Shown here piece after piece: positions 1-13,609 of a DNA stretch of 64,000 nucleotides. The first letter of the stretch is position 1. Each line of letters begins with the position of its first letter. The stretch is from Octopus vulgaris (taxonomy: Eukaryota). The DNA is taken from contig OX597828.1 in assembly GCA_951406725.2 (NCBI GenBank), positions 55,242,001 through 55,306,000 on the forward strand, given 5' to 3'. Below the pieces are notes generated by a model that had not been told where the DNA came from, did no database searches, and saw nothing but the letters and a program-made list of their open reading frames with translations. The translations under genes and the position numbers were made by a program.

Positions 1-240
<240 letters not shown>

Positions 241-1290
241 TTTGACTTGACTCAGGTTCAGTCTTACTCCTGGCAGGATTTATGTGAGGAGCGGGTTACT
301 ACACGAAACCTTACGTATCCACTAGCTTTTAATAGACTTTCAGGTGCTTAAAACCCTCCAGATAATCTTTTTTGTCCTTAAGTGGCAAACTTTCTATAAA
401 AGCACTGCAGGACATTCCCTTCGAATCTCCTTCAACCATTTGTCTATATCTTCACTTACAGTTCCCAATGCACTAATTATTATAATTATTAGGCACAACG
501 TTTACATTCTTCATATTCCAAATTCCTGTAATTTCAAATTTTAAGGGATTGTATTTCTTTTGTTCTTCGTCTTCTTTCTGTACGATCCTGGAATCAAACC
601 GGCATTATAGATCAATAAGGGAGCAACTTTGTTTTTCCTTGTCTATTATTGTCATGTCTGATCTATTATTTTCTAGCTTCCTGTCCGTTTGGATAGGAAA
701 ATCCCACAAAATCTTACAATTCTCCGACTCCAGCACTCTTTTGACTGATGCTCATTCTATGTGTCTCCAACTTCAAATATATATTCCTGGCAAAGCTTCC
801 AGTGTAAAGATTTTACAACTTTATCATGCCTCCATTTCTTATATTTCTCCTGTGCAAGTTTGAGACATTTTGCAACAGTATGTGTCACTCTTTCGTTCCA
901 AGTTCCACAGATTCTACGTTTTTTCTGACACATTTTCCCCTATACATTTTTTCAAGTTGTTTGTTTTTATCGCTTGATCTGGGCTGCTACAATTAGGCCC
1001 TTTGTTTCTTTTTTTATAAATTCTCTTTTTTTTTTACCCAAGCCCAAGATTTATTCCACGTACATTTCCAGTGGCTTCCCAAAATTGGCCATGCAGAGGT
1101 TTCTCTTTAATCAGTCTAACGTACTCTCTTTGAATTTCATCCTTGTCCTTTTATCTTATTCTGTACTGGATCATCTGTTCCTTATCCACTGTCTTTAATA
1201 GTCTCTCTCAGTGCTGTTATGTAAATATTCTAGTAGACTTTTTTCTTTCCTTCTGTACACACTATTCCACAGGTCGAATATTTGATGTCA
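241..1290 (-). mobile_element. Decayed R4/Dong-clade non-LTR retrotransposon 3' end (zinc knuckle and restriction-like endonuclease)
   Basis: The minus strand reads RICGTWNERVTHTVAKCLKLAQEKYKKWRHDKV...KILWDFPIQTDRKLENNRSDMTIIDKEKQSCSLIDL*CRFD, i.e. CCHC, RHD and PD..D-type motifs with in-frame stops; it ends in a (TAA)n tail. Confidence 0.8.
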
Positions 1291-1294
1291 AGTA

Positions 1295-1700
1295 ACCCTT
1301 CAAGGGATGCTTGAGACATACCAGCGTTCGTCCACTTATGTGCTGTCAGACGGGCTTGTCCAAGGTGTGCACAGAGTGACGAAACCGTTCTGCGTGCCCT
1401 CGTTCAGTGTCCGGGCATTGCTGATTTGTGGGGTTGTGCCGAACAGCTGCTGTCACGTGTGGGACGGATTCGACTATCGGCTGAGTCTGTAGTGATGACT
1501 GCTCCGCCGTCCTCCTTCAGTCTGGCAGAAAAGGCAGTTTCTCTTTGCCTGGTGGCCGTGGCCAAAGAGACTCGTGGACAAGGCCGAAAGGCATGAGGAC
1601 AGATACATTCCTCTTTGGTAGAGCTCTCATTGACTTCTTCAAGTTCCACTTGAAAAGGAAATTGAGGGTAGAGAGGGAAGTACTGTCCTCGAGTGATTCC
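1295..1700 (+). mobile_element. Tx1/L1-like LINE ORF2 C-terminal fragment
   Basis: CPRCAQSDETVLRALVQC (degenerate CCHC zf-RVT motif) followed by LIDFFKFHLKRKLRVER; frameshifted. Confidence 0.6.
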
Positions 1701-2740
1701 TCACCCAAAATGTCAGGCTTTGATCCGATAATCTTATAATAATTCTACTTGTCATTATGTTACTTAGCCCATTAGTAACGCTTTCATGTGATTAGAAAAA
1801 ATGAGGGAGAAAGAAAAGAGGGAGAGAGAAAAAGAGGATTAGACGAAGAGTGAGGCAGAAAGAGAGAGAAAGTAAAAGAGAGAGAAAAAAGGGAGAGAGA
1901 AGCGTCCATGACACGTGGTAGGGAGAACGTAATCTTTATTACGTGGTTAAAAAAGGTAGTTGAAAGTAGTGATATAGAGGAGAGTTATGAATATAACTTT
2001 AGGAGAAGGGTGATGTTCTGATGGTGAGATTAAAGAAAGGCAACGAGAGAGAGAGAGAGAGAGAGAAAGAAAGGGAGATTATGATGGTAGTGGTGGTGGT
2101 GGTAGAGGTGGAGGTGGCGATGGTGAGTCTATATTTAAAAGTTATTTTTTTATATCACCTATCACTTAACGCAGGCGCATCCCAAACTTGCCATTCACTC
2201 TAGAAAGAAACCAGTTTCCAGTTCACTATCAATGACTATCAATAAATCACAAATGCAGACATTTGTTAACGTGGGGCTGTTCTTGCCCGAACCTGTATTC
2301 GGCCATAGTCAGCTTTGTGTTGCATCCTTAAGGGCCCACAAATTATCTAATGTAAGAGTTAAAGCTATCAACACTGATAAACAAGGGAAAAGAAGAGGGG
2401 GTACTTTCACGAAGAAAACAGTCTGCAAAGAAGTATTGGATTGAAAGTTGTACGCAAATTGAAATGTGTATTAGTTCTGACCCATCGCCTTGGCCTTATA
2501 AGTTACCAACGATGTGGTTTTCATGTGCCATGTTACATTAAATTTTTACCCTCACGAAATTGTGACCCCTATATTTTACTTATAAAAATTTTTTTTTATA
2601 TACAGTTTTTGTTTTCTCGATTTGAAATTACAACTATGTAAATTTTAAAACGTAATATTTTCTGTTTATAGGAAAAATGTAAAAATAAAAGTGAATACTT
2701 ATTTTATGAGTGGTGTGTATTAAAATCTATGAAATTGTGC

Positions 2741-2775
<35 letters not shown>

Positions 2776-2779
<4 letters not shown>

Positions 2780-2890
2780 GCCTGCTCGCTTAGCCAGCGG
2801 GGTGGCGTCATTTGTAGGCTAAAACAATGCGAAGCGCATTGTGACCAGCGATGTGTAGCAACATCTGATAGCCTGGTCGGTCACGGTGAT
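2776..2890 (+). mobile_element. 3' fragment of SINE family D (reverse-complement match to 43557-43680)
   Basis: Near-identical to the tail of the full copy at 43557-43860; embedded in (TA)n. Confidence 0.8.
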
Positions 2891-2921
2891 ATATATATAT
2901 ATGTATATATGTATATTGTTC

Positions 2922-3115
2922 TTTCATTTGTTTCAGTCATTTGACTGCGGCCATGTTGGTGCACCGCCTTTAGTCGGGCAATTCGACCCCAGAACTTATT
3001 CGTTGTATGCCTAGTATTTATTCTATCGGCCTCTATTGCCGAACCGCTAAGTTACGAGGACGTAAACACACCAGCATTGGTTGTCAAGTGATGTTGGAGG
3101 GACAAACAGACACAA

Positions 3116-3187
<72 letters not shown>

Positions 3188-3344
3188 CGGGCTTCTTTCA
3201 GTTTCCGTCTACCAAATCCATTCACAAGGCTTTGGTCGGCCCGAGGCTATAGCAGAAGACACTTGCCCAAGGTACCACGCAGTGGGACTGAACTCGGAAC
3301 CATGTGGCTAGGAAGCAAGCTACTTACCACAAGCCTCTCCTGCA
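2922..3344 (-). mobile_element. tRNA-derived SINE family A, full length (CORE-like domain, internal microsatellite)
   Basis: Minus strand has A/B-box-like sequences (..GTGGTAAG..GAGTTCAGTCCC), ACCTTGGGCAAGT and an internal (TG)n; more than 15 related copies in the window. Confidence 0.9.
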
Positions 3345-3349
3345 CACAC

Positions 3350-3532
<183 letters not shown>

Positions 3533-4850
3533 TGTGCATTATGCAATCATCGTATTTCAATTTCCTTCACTTTTCAATGAACAGCAGACGAGCGACTATC
3601 TTTTAATACAAACGCAACACAGGCTACACTTTCAGTTTTTTTTCTTGTTAAAGTTTTCAGGGATAACCCAATAGGTTTACTATTGATTCAGTGAAATATT
3701 CACGGGTCCCGCTAGTACTATGAATTATTACAGCAACAGCAGCAGCAGCAGCAGCAGTCGTAGTACTATAAACAAGTAATTGTACTTGAGTCTATCCGAT
3801 AAAATATTGGTGAGTTTGGTGGGGGAATGAATGGTGCGATCGATTACTCCTTCCTTCAAATTCCCACCGTGCTAACAACTCTGCCAGCTCTCCACCTCGC
3901 TACCTACTTATATTGGAAGGAAGTTTTTTAGATTATACACAGTGTAAAAAACCACAAACTAACCTGTTATATTTTTCCTGGGGTTGAGAAGTCCATTTTC
4001 ACATTTTCTGAATATATTTGTCTCCGCATGTCACCAGTGAAATAATTCAATGAATTAAGAGGAGAGAAGAAAATATCATAAAACAGTTTTAAAATAATAA
4101 AAATGGTATCTTTTTCTTCCCTGTGTATTGCTTTCCTCTGTAGTATTTGTTGGTATTGATTAACTAAAGAACATTGCTCGGTGTTAACCTAGTGTTTGTT
4201 TAAGAAACCAAAGTAAATTAAGGAACAGATGTCAAGTTTAAATGTCCGACATTTTATCTTCCTAGACAAAACGTTGTGTAAACGTTGTAGCAGTCATCAT
4301 CATCAGTATTATCGCTGTTATGATTATCATCATCATCATTACCATCATCAACATTACCACTACTAGCTTCGTCATCGTTAGCATTTTCATCGTCATCGTC
4401 GTTGCCATCACTACCGTAACAGCATCATTATCATCGTCGCAGTCACCAGCATCACCATTGTTATATTGAGTTGCTTACTTCCAATGCTTGTCCAGAAGTC
4501 TTTCTATTGAATTTTTCCATCACTTTCCTTTGCTGCGGTTCTACATTATTCTTATTCTTATTTTCAGTGGTTCATAGAAATTCTTGCCCTTTTATTTATA
4601 AACATTCCTTTTTGTTTATACTTTATTGGAAAATTATATCGACTTCCTGTACTTGTTTGGTACTTTGTTAGAAGGTTGAACAGTAAAGTTGACTTTGGTA
4701 GGATTCGAACTCAGAACATAAACGTCTATAACTAATTACTGCAGGTACTGTGTTTCACTCCCTGACGATTCTTCTCATTCACCGTCCGTGTAGATGTTTA
4801 TTGTTTTTCTTTCTTCTTGATGCTTTTTATTATTTCTGTTACACCACTAA

Positions 4851-5297
4851 GGCGGCGAGCTGGCAGAAACGCTGCTACGTTCTGAGTTCAAATTCCGCCG
4901 AGGTCAACTTTGCCTTTCATCCTTTCGGGGTCGATTAAATAAGTACCAGTAACGCACTGGGGTCGATATAATCGACTTAATCCGTGTGTCTGTCCTTGTT
5001 TGTCCTCTCTGTGTTTAGCCCCTTGTGGGTAATAAAGAAATAGGTATTTCGCCCGTCTCTACGTTCTGAGTTCAAATTCCGCCGAGGTCGACTTTGCTTT
5101 TCATCCTTTCGTGTCGATAAATTAAGCACAAGTTGAGTAATGAGTTCGATGTAATCGGCTGTCCCTCTCCTCCAAATTTCAGGCCTTGCGCCTATAGTAG
5201 AAAGGATATCTATTCCGGCTCTTTACATTCAGATACAAAATTCTGCTGAGATCTACTTTGCCATTCATCCTTCTGAGATAGATAAAATAAAATACCA
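4851..5297 (+). mobile_element. SINE family B, tandem multimer
   Basis: GGCGGCGAGCTGGCAGAA head, GAGTTCAAATTCC B box and a GCCTTTCATCCTTTCGGGGTCGAT central domain repeated three times. Confidence 0.88.
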
Positions 5298-5300
5298 ATC

Positions 5301-5690
5301 AGGCGCAAGAGTGGCTGTGTGGTATGTAGCTTGCTTACCAGCCACATGGTTTCGGGTTCAGTCCCACTGCGGGGTACCTTAGGCAAGTGTCTTCTTGTCT
5401 TCTACTATAGCCTCGGGCCGACCAAAGCCTTGTGAGTGGATTTGTTAGACGGAAACCGAAAGAAGCCCGTCGTATATATGTATATGTATATATATATGTG
5501 TGTATGTTTGTGTGTCTGTGTTTGTCCCCCACCCAACATCACTTGACAACCGATGCTAGTGTGTTTACCTCCCCGTAACTCGGCGATTCGGCAAAAGAGA
5601 CCGATAGAATAAGTACTAGGCTTACAAAGAATAAGTCCTGGGGTCAATTTACTCGACTAGAGGCGGTCAAATGACTGAAACAAGTAAAAA
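5301..5690 (+). mobile_element. SINE family A, full length
   Basis: TGGCTGTGTGG A box, GGTTCAGTCCC B box, tail ...TGACTGAAACAAGTAAAA. Confidence 0.9.
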
Positions 5691-6642
5691 AAAAAAAGTA
5701 ATTGACTGTTCCCCTCAATTAGAATTCTTGAGGCTGGCTCTAAAAAACTATTATTCCTATTACATATAGCACAACTTTTTGTTTTAATTCACATTCCATT
5801 TATTAGGTGTAGTGGGATCAAATTTATTCCCACTACATGACCAAATGTCTTCCACCGTATATTTGGGTCGACAAAGCGAAATTCGGCTGTTGGAAACTGG
5901 AGAATCTTTTTGGAGTCCCTATTCCTATTCTTGTTTAATAGACTTGTTACCTGTTTTAACATTTCCGTATTTCCCATGGATGCTTTTAAAGGGTCAATTA
6001 ATCAGCTTCCACTAATACAGAAATTCCGAAGAAACAGACGTTATCTCCCTACTCTGGCAAAGCAATTAAATAATATTAAAAGATTCTGTTCTTGTTTTAT
6101 TATATTCTTGGAGGAAAATTGTCTATGTTTGCTTGGCTATTTTTAAGAACCATGAATAACTTTTCTTAAGTTACAATTTCTATATGAATACATCTCTTAT
6201 TATAAAAGGCAGATTTTATCTGCCTCCCTTTGGGAGTTATACAAATCTACAATATAGGATTTCTTCAATTACAATTTACCTACCATTTTTAAGAGTACAC
6301 TGCATCGCGTCATGCCAGGTCCAGTTTTTAAAATTTAAACTCCAATTAAGCAAAATTTACAGAAAACTCACATTCTGGTGTGTGTGTCAAATGCTTTTCT
6401 TAGTCTGGTTTACACCACACGCAAACGCACACACACAGTGGGCAACGAATAAAATGAAAGTAAATGTAATATTTGTTTCTGTCTATCACGCTGATAGATA
6501 CATGAGTAAAATGTATGGGAAGCTAACAGATAAGACTGAGTGAAAATGTTCTTGGAAGAGAGTAAATTAGCGACAGTGATTTGAGGAAGACTAAACTGAA
6601 AGTATGAAACAGTGTTTATGTATAAACAGACGACACTTATAT

Positions 6643-6960
6643 AAACCCTTTCGTTACCAAACCGCCCGAATTTACCTATTCATATTTAAATGAGAATATC
6701 AGAGTAAATCTATTTAGTACATTCGTGAAAACACGTATTATACTTCGTAAACACTTCAAATACAGTTTTGTACAAAAATCGAAGTGTAATTTTAATTCCG
6801 TGAATTATGGGAGATTTTTTTCCGAAATTTGTTCCTATTGTGTTTTCAAAATTTGTAATTCTGACAAAAATTGGATACGAATTTCATTATATCAAGCAGC
6901 GAGTCAGAATTCGAAGGATTTTCTACTGAAGACCTTCATAAATCTAACTCTATGACTGAA
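6643..6960 (+). mobile_element. piggyBac-like transposon 5' end remnant
   Basis: Starts near (T)AAACCCTTTCGTTACC (TTAA-CCC-type terminus); encodes an acidic SSSESEFEGFSTEDL N-terminal motif. Confidence 0.5.
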
Positions 6961-6971
6961 AAAAAAAAGCA

Positions 6972-7366
6972 TCTTTATATAAGAGTAAAGTTGTGTGTCT
7001 GTCCCCTTCGATTTACATTCGTAATTACTCCCACATTTTGCGGTGCAGTTTAACCAAAAGCGGGTATCTTATAGTCGTGATTCATATCGAGCCCTTCTGG
7101 GTATTAGCGCGCGTCTATGATGAGTCTACGATTTAAAAAAAATTTACCATCATATTTTTCCATTTTAATGCATTTTTTTCGCTTTTATATAAGGGAAGTA
7201 ACTCTCTAAAAATATCTACGATGTATCAACGATTTAAAAAAAAATTTACCTTAATTTTTTTTCAATTTTTAATGCATTTTTTTGCTATTTTTTGGCTATA
7301 ACTCTCTAAAAATGCTTATATAGTTATTTCCCTTACAACCCGAGCAACGCCGGGCGATACTGCTAG
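6972..7366 (+). mobile_element. Non-autonomous Helitron
   Basis: 5' TC after A, 3' hairpin CCCGAGCAACGCCGGG then CTAG before T; no TSD; internal tandem repeat. Confidence 0.8.
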
Positions 7367-7606
7367 TATAGAATAAAATCAAAAAATATATTGGTCGTGA
7401 AACATTAAAAGTAACTGTTTTCTGTATATGAAGAAATATAAAAAGAAAAGAAAGAAAAAGCACAGAGGGAAATTAAAGATAATTATAAAGAATGAGGCTG
7501 CAGAGTTTGATGGTAAGGTTGTACAAAGAGGGGTCACTGCATGGTCAATACTTGCAAAACCTGAACGAAGTAGAAGTAAAAAAAGAAAAATAGAAACGTT
7601 ACTTGA

Positions 7607-7637
<31 letters not shown>

Positions 7638-8572
7638 TGTATGTATGTATGTATGTATGTATGTATGTATGTATGTATGTATGTATGCATGTATGTTTGT
7701 ATGTTTGTACGTATGTATGTAAGTACCTATGTACATATGTATGTGTGTATGTATACATATGTGTGTGTGTCTATTATATAAAATCCGTTCTGTCTGTCTG
7801 TGTGTGTGTGTCTTCTAGGATCTCGGGCATCATCCATCCGATTGCGCTCAAATTTGATATGTAGATACCGACGGTATCAGGGCGTGTATAAGTCTTGAAA
7901 CAATTACAAACATCGATTCCAGGTGAGAATGCGATCGATAAAGCCGTGGGAACGTGCATTTGTAAGCGCAAATATATATAAATATATATAATCCATCCAT
8001 CTAGATTTACCTCCAGCTAACTCATTTGCATGCATCGTTTTTGTCCTGCTTTTCTTCCGTCAACCTGTACATAACTGCACCTTCCATATTTTTATGTTAC
8101 TTGCTTCAGACATTGGACTGCGCCCATACTGGGTCACAAACTTGAAAACTTTTATTCCAAGTAATCGATTTTATAGTTAAAGGATTAAGTTAACGGATAC
8201 TGCATTAAGCGCAGTATCCAAACCTTGTTTCAGAGTAAGTCGTGTCTTCACCACTTATGGCTATCAGGCGTCATCAGCGATGGTTTGTATTCATCGTTGG
8301 ATCAACTTCCAGGAATTCCTAGGTGCACGTATGGTATATATTAAAGATTAATAGAGAAAACAGAGTGTACGAAAAAGCAATTTATTATCAAGACAATTGT
8401 TTCGTCTTCATTATCCACTGCTCCTTATTGGGCGTGAAACGGTGCATTAACACCAGATGCGCACAGTGCAAAGAAGACTCCTCGGGGATTTACATTTCAG
8501 TTTCGCTGCATTGAGAGAGCCTATCAGTTCGGGTGGATATATAGAATACTGGTCCATGAAGGTAAGATCAAT

Positions 8573-8840
8573 AAATATCCTCCCGAAGGACCTGAGAGAC
8601 CTGTATGGGGTGGATGCAGATGTCTTTAAAATAAAGCTGGACCTCTTCCTGTCAGGTGTCCCAGATGAACCAACATCACGCAGGAAGTGCAGATGTGGGC
8701 AGCTGCATCAAACTCTCTCGTGCACCAAATGTCAATTGCTAAAAAGTATTCGTGAAATAAAATCATGTAGCAACATCGAATGGTGGTGCCCCAGCATGGC
8801 CACAGCTCGTGAGCTGAAACTAGATGAAATGAAAAATAAA
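8573..8840 (+). mobile_element. CR1/L2-group LINE 3' end
   Basis: NILPKDLRDLYGVDADVFKIKLDLFLSGVPDEP (N-LP...FK..LD motif); 3' tail GGTGGTGCCCCAGCATGGCCACAG...CTGAAAC. Confidence 0.75.
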
Positions 8841-9510
8841 GTACTCCATCTTGGTGACAGATAAGTATTGATGCAATGAAAATGAGCCAGACAGCATTTT
8901 ATAGCCCGAGGATTGCGTGAAGGCACCAGATGTGTTATAAATGTTGTTTTCATCGCATGAAACTTTTAGTAGCTCATAAAAGTAAATACTGTGTCTATTA
9001 AACAGTAATAAAGGATTCTTTTGACGAATGAAAATGATTCTGCTGCTTTTTTACAATATCCACTACAGCCAACACCAAGAGTCACCCTAACCGTCACCAG
9101 TTTCCAAAAACAAACTTCTTTCACCTCACTATGACTGCTAGCATCATAATTGCCGCTTCTAATGTCACAACGCACACACACACACACTTACACACATATA
9201 ACTGAATATTATAGTATAAATCTCTATACTGCACGTATCAGAATATTCAGAAGCAATCTGTTGAGACTTAGCTAGGAAATCTCGCTAAATCTCTATCTCC
9301 CCTCTTCTCTTTCTCCCGACACTTTCACCTGAGCAGCTGTATTGCTGTCCAGTCGCAAGCTGTTTCGCAAACAAATAAAACACACAAACGTACGCACATA
9401 CGTTATATGCGCATACACGTGCAAACATAAACGTACCTAGATACACTTACACACACACATATGTGTGTGTGTGTGTGTATATATATATACATGTATATGT
9501 AAATGCATGC

Positions 9511-9557
<47 letters not shown>

Positions 9558-10164
9558 GAAACACACCCAGGTATGCACACTTATATATATACTACATACA
9601 CACACATATATTATGAACGAACAGATGTATATATGTACAAATATATGCATATGTATATACGTGTGTGGTGTGTGTGCGTGTGTGTGCGTGCGTGTGTGTG
9701 CGTGCGTGTGTGCGTGCGTGTGTGTGTGTGTGTGTGCGTGTGTGTGTGTATCGATGTACGAGGTGGAGGAGTCGTGTTATTTGCGAGAAGGCATGCACAT
9801 GAAAAATACACGACGCACAGACAAACCCAACTTCAAGGAAACCTTTTCAACTGGTTTACTGCTCTACTTCAGTGGTTTTGATATTATTAGTAACATAACA
9901 GCAAATAGTAGTTCATCATCATCATCATCATCATCATCACCACCACCACAATCAACATCATCATCATCATCATCATCGTTTTTATCATCTTCACTTGTTT
10001 ATTTGAACTTTCCGCGCAAGGCCTGCATCAAGGTATGGGAAACAATATTTTTTTTTGATTCTCTTATATTTTTTCTTTTACACTTTCCGCTTTTCAGAAG
10101 AATGGCCAGTATGAACGGACCAATTCTGAGGATACGCTTGTGAAAAAAAAAAAAAAGTAATATA

Positions 10165-10402
10165 AAAGGAGAAAGGGGCTCTCTACCTACCTTTTGACCG
10201 GGTTCCCGTGGATTTTATGGGTTTTTCCACGAGTAACCTTTCGAAGCGCCTCCCCCTATTGGGAGTTTTTACTTCGTTGTTATCTTGCATTTTTACACGG
10301 ATTTTTCAAACGGACAAAACCCTTTTTGTAACTTTTGTCCTGTATTTTGTCCTTACATGTTTTATTTGAATTTTGTTAGCCCTTGTGGCCAATAAACGAA
10401 TT
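10165..10402 (+). mobile_element. Probable LINE 3' UTR fragment (L1/Tx1-like)
   Basis: T-rich segment ending TTAGCCCTTGTGGCCAATAAA, similar to the SINE family B tail; family assignment is inference. Confidence 0.4.
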
Positions 10403-10404
10403 AG

Positions 10405-10762
10405 TTATTATCATTATTATTATGTTTTTTCCTTCTTTCTTCAAATTTTCTTCCGTTTCTCGCCGAGTGTTTTCCATACACCTAGGGCATTGTATGCATT
10501 CCCAGATTACACGCACAAATTCACAGATAAAATATGTATTTAAAAATTAATAAATAAATAAATTCATGGATGGATGTTGTTTTCACAGCGATAGTGCTCT
10601 TCTCAGTACATGAGCCGTTCCAGTTCATACGATTTTTTTGCACTTCCTGTAGAAATGGTAAGCCTGGGATCATTTTCAAATAGGTTTCAGTACCTTTTTT
10701 TTATCATTCCTAGAGATCCTACAATCACTGGTACTGTAGTCGCCTTGAGATGCCACATTTTT
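10405..10762 (-). mobile_element. Second R4/Dong-like 3' fragment
   Basis: Minus strand KMWHLKATTVPVIVGSLGMIKKG...IPGLPFLQEVQK...TGTAHVLRRALS, then 3' UTR and a TAA-repeat tail. Confidence 0.7.
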
Positions 10763-11024
10763 AACGACCCGGCACATATTTCAGTCTAGTACCCGTTTTA
10801 TTATTTTTTTTCTTTGAGTGGCGAATTACTATGAGTTACTAAGTTACGGGACACTCAGTGAAACAATATAAAAACACCTACATATATACAAATATTTACA
10901 CACACACACGCACGTACGTTCAGTTTGTATATGTGTGCAACGTTTCTAGAGTGCATACTCCATTTCGGAATTAAAATAGTTTGACGGAGCTCTATTACAT
11001 AAAAAGCAGAAAAAAAGGGAAGTA

Positions 11025-11205
11025 AGAGTGGGTGTGGGATAAGTAGCTTGCTTACGAACCACATGGTTCCGGGTTCAGTCCCACTGCGTGGCACCTTCGG
11101 CAAGTGTCTTCTACTATAGCCTCGGGCCGACCAAAGCCTTGTGAGTGGATTTGGTAGGCGGAAACTGAAAGAAGCCCGTCGTATATATGTATATATATAT
11201 ACGAC

Positions 11206-11238
<33 letters not shown>

Positions 11239-11628
11239 CGTGCATATGTGTATATATACATACACACACACACACACACACATATATATTTCGAAACACG
11301 CTGGAGTTGAACTAGGGACAGCTGATGAAGGGGATTTTTCCTTGTGTAGTTGTCTTGTACTCTGTTTTTTCGTTGTTAAAAAAATGGTCTGTTCCATGCT
11401 TGTTTTTACTTTTTCGTTTCTCGTTGAGTTCTACGTCTATTTGTGGTGTCCTGTACTCACGTATATATATTTATATATGCATGTATATATACATGTAGAT
11501 GTAGGTACGTACATATATGTTTGTATGTATGCATATATTTTATTTATTACACTATTGTATGACTGAGCGCCCTCGCGTCGATTCGATTCGAATCGTTTCG
11601 TTTCGTTTCATTTCTTCTTCTCTAAGCT

Positions 11629-11683
<55 letters not shown>

Positions 11684-11950
11684 GTGTATATATATATATA
11701 CGTGTATATATATATGTTGTCTGTGTGTGTGTGTGTGTGTGTATGTTTCTGTGTCTGTGTTTGTCCTCCCAACATCGCTTGACAACCGATGCTGGTGTGC
11801 TTACGTCCCTGTAACTTAGCGGTTCGGCAAAAGACACCGATAGAATAAGTAGTAGGCTTACAAAGAATAAGTCCTGGGGTCGATTTGCTCCACTAAAAGC
11901 GGTGCTCCAGCATGGCCACAGTTACATGACTGAAACAAGTAAAAGAGTAA
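11025..11950 (+). mobile_element. SINE family A split by an insertion in its internal microsatellite
   Basis: Head 11025-11185 and tail 11740-11950 are separated by the 11290-11580 repeat. Confidence 0.8.
11290..11580 (+). mobile_element. Dispersed repeat, probably Penelope-derived (second copy at about 46165-46400)
   Basis: Clear similarity to 46165-46400 (GCTGA(T/A)GAAGGGG...GGTGTCCTGTAC...GCATGTATATATACAT); family assignment is inference. Confidence 0.5.
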
Positions 11951-12224
11951 AAAGGAGAGGATATCCGTACGTTTTTGAGGCTAGGATTTTTTATTAGATA
12001 TTCTCTAAACACGTTACGGAACCTTGTCGCCTTTACTGACGACAGATGATAAGAACGCGGGGAAAGAAAACAGAAACATTTCGCGTATGGTAATACGACA
12101 CACAAATACGTAGGAAAACGGTGAGGTGCTCGTGAGCTGACACATGACATATACGGAGATGCAGACGGGGACAGATTAAGAAACACATCAAAACCTACAA
12201 AGGCACTCGAGAGAAATCAATAAA

Positions 12225-12440
12225 TACAGGGGCTTGGCCGGCTGCTATCAGTCTGTGTCGTCAAGACTTCAGGGTTTTCTAGGGCCCCGTGCTATCGATT
12301 TCCTTCGCAAAATAAGGAGAAATGAGAACCGTGATGTAGAGTGGCTCCTGCAGCGAGCGTCACTGCGGGGCGTGGCTGAGCACATCATCTGTTCTGTGGT
12401 ATGTGCTCCATCGTCCCCTGCCCCTCCATCTTTAACCCCA
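12225..12440 (+). mobile_element. CRE/R2-group LINE C-terminal remnant
   Basis: GFLGPRAIDFLRKIRRNENRDVEWLLQRASL resembles the G.LGP.A..FL...WL.QR.S terminal motif of CRE-clade elements. Confidence 0.45.
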
Positions 12441-12469
12441 ACACATTTTTGGTTCTTTTCTCCCCTATC

Positions 12470-12862
12470 TTTTATTCTTTTACTTGCTGGAGCACCGCCC
12501 TTAGTCGAGCAAATCGACCCCCGGACTTATTCTTTGTAAGCCTAGTACTTATTCTATCGGTCTCTTTTGCCGAACCGCTAAGATACCGGGACGTAAACAC
12601 ACCAGCGTCGGTTGTCAAGCGATGTTAGGGGGACAAACACAGACACACAAACATATACACACACGTACATATATATATACATATACATATATACGACAGG
12701 CTTCTTTCAGTTTCCGTCTACCAAAACCACTGACAAGGCTTTGGTCGGTCCGAAGTTATATATTGTAGAAGACACTTGCCCAAGGTGCCACGCAGTGGGA
12801 CTGAACCCGGAACCATGTGGTTGGTAAGCAAGCTACTTACCACACAGCCGCCACTCCTACGC
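12470..12862 (-). mobile_element. SINE family A
   Basis: Reverse-complement match to the family A consensus. Confidence 0.88.
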
Positions 12863-13609
12863 ACTGTGTACAATTAGCTTATAATATTTGTTCTATTTAA
12901 TGATCCTACAACATTTAATATATAAAAGTGGTGTATATATTGAGTTATGTCTAATTTTTAGTGAAAGAAAAGTGTATCAATATTAAAAGATTTGAAAATA
13001 TTAAGATCTAGAAATAAACTTTGGTGAACCTCAGTTCCCTTCTTGCCCTGTTAACTACAAGATAAGTTAGAAAGTAACACTAAAAGTTTATAAAACCTTG
13101 TCATTTGTCTGAATTTCTGCTGCATTTAGCAGTAAGCGGCCTATTTACAGCTAGGTGGACTGGGCTAATAAATGTTATTCCTAAATACTTTCCAGTATTT
13201 ATGACAGGCTGTTAACCACTGATCTGTTTATGCGCTAGAAATAGCAGCATATAAATCTCTCTCATACCACACCCTGCCATGACAACAAAGAAATGACACA
13301 TTTGGTAATGTAATCCTAGATACATATCAGCTGAAAAACAACAGAATGACAATTGATGGTCACAACTGGATCCCCTTTGATCATGTATATACTCTGAGTT
13401 AACGAAGGGAAATGGGTGAGGCTACACAACAACAGCCATCAATAACATAGTCCTTTTTATGTGTATATTACTATAAATATGAAAAGAGAAAAAACCCTTT
13501 TGTTATGACTTAGAGGTAAAAGGGATGCACCAGTGACCCTTTTTTCAAGGTTTCTAACACTGCCAGGATAAAGGGAGGAAGTGATGTTATATTTAAATAT
13601 TAAACACCT

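Noticed and set aside
5301-5375. tRNA genes at A/B-box sequences
   Set aside because: These are SINE heads; there is no complete cloverleaf and they continue into SINE bodies.
11316-11355. Hammerhead at CAGCTGATGAAGGGG (and the related site near 46195)
   Set aside because: No GAAA box after stem II.
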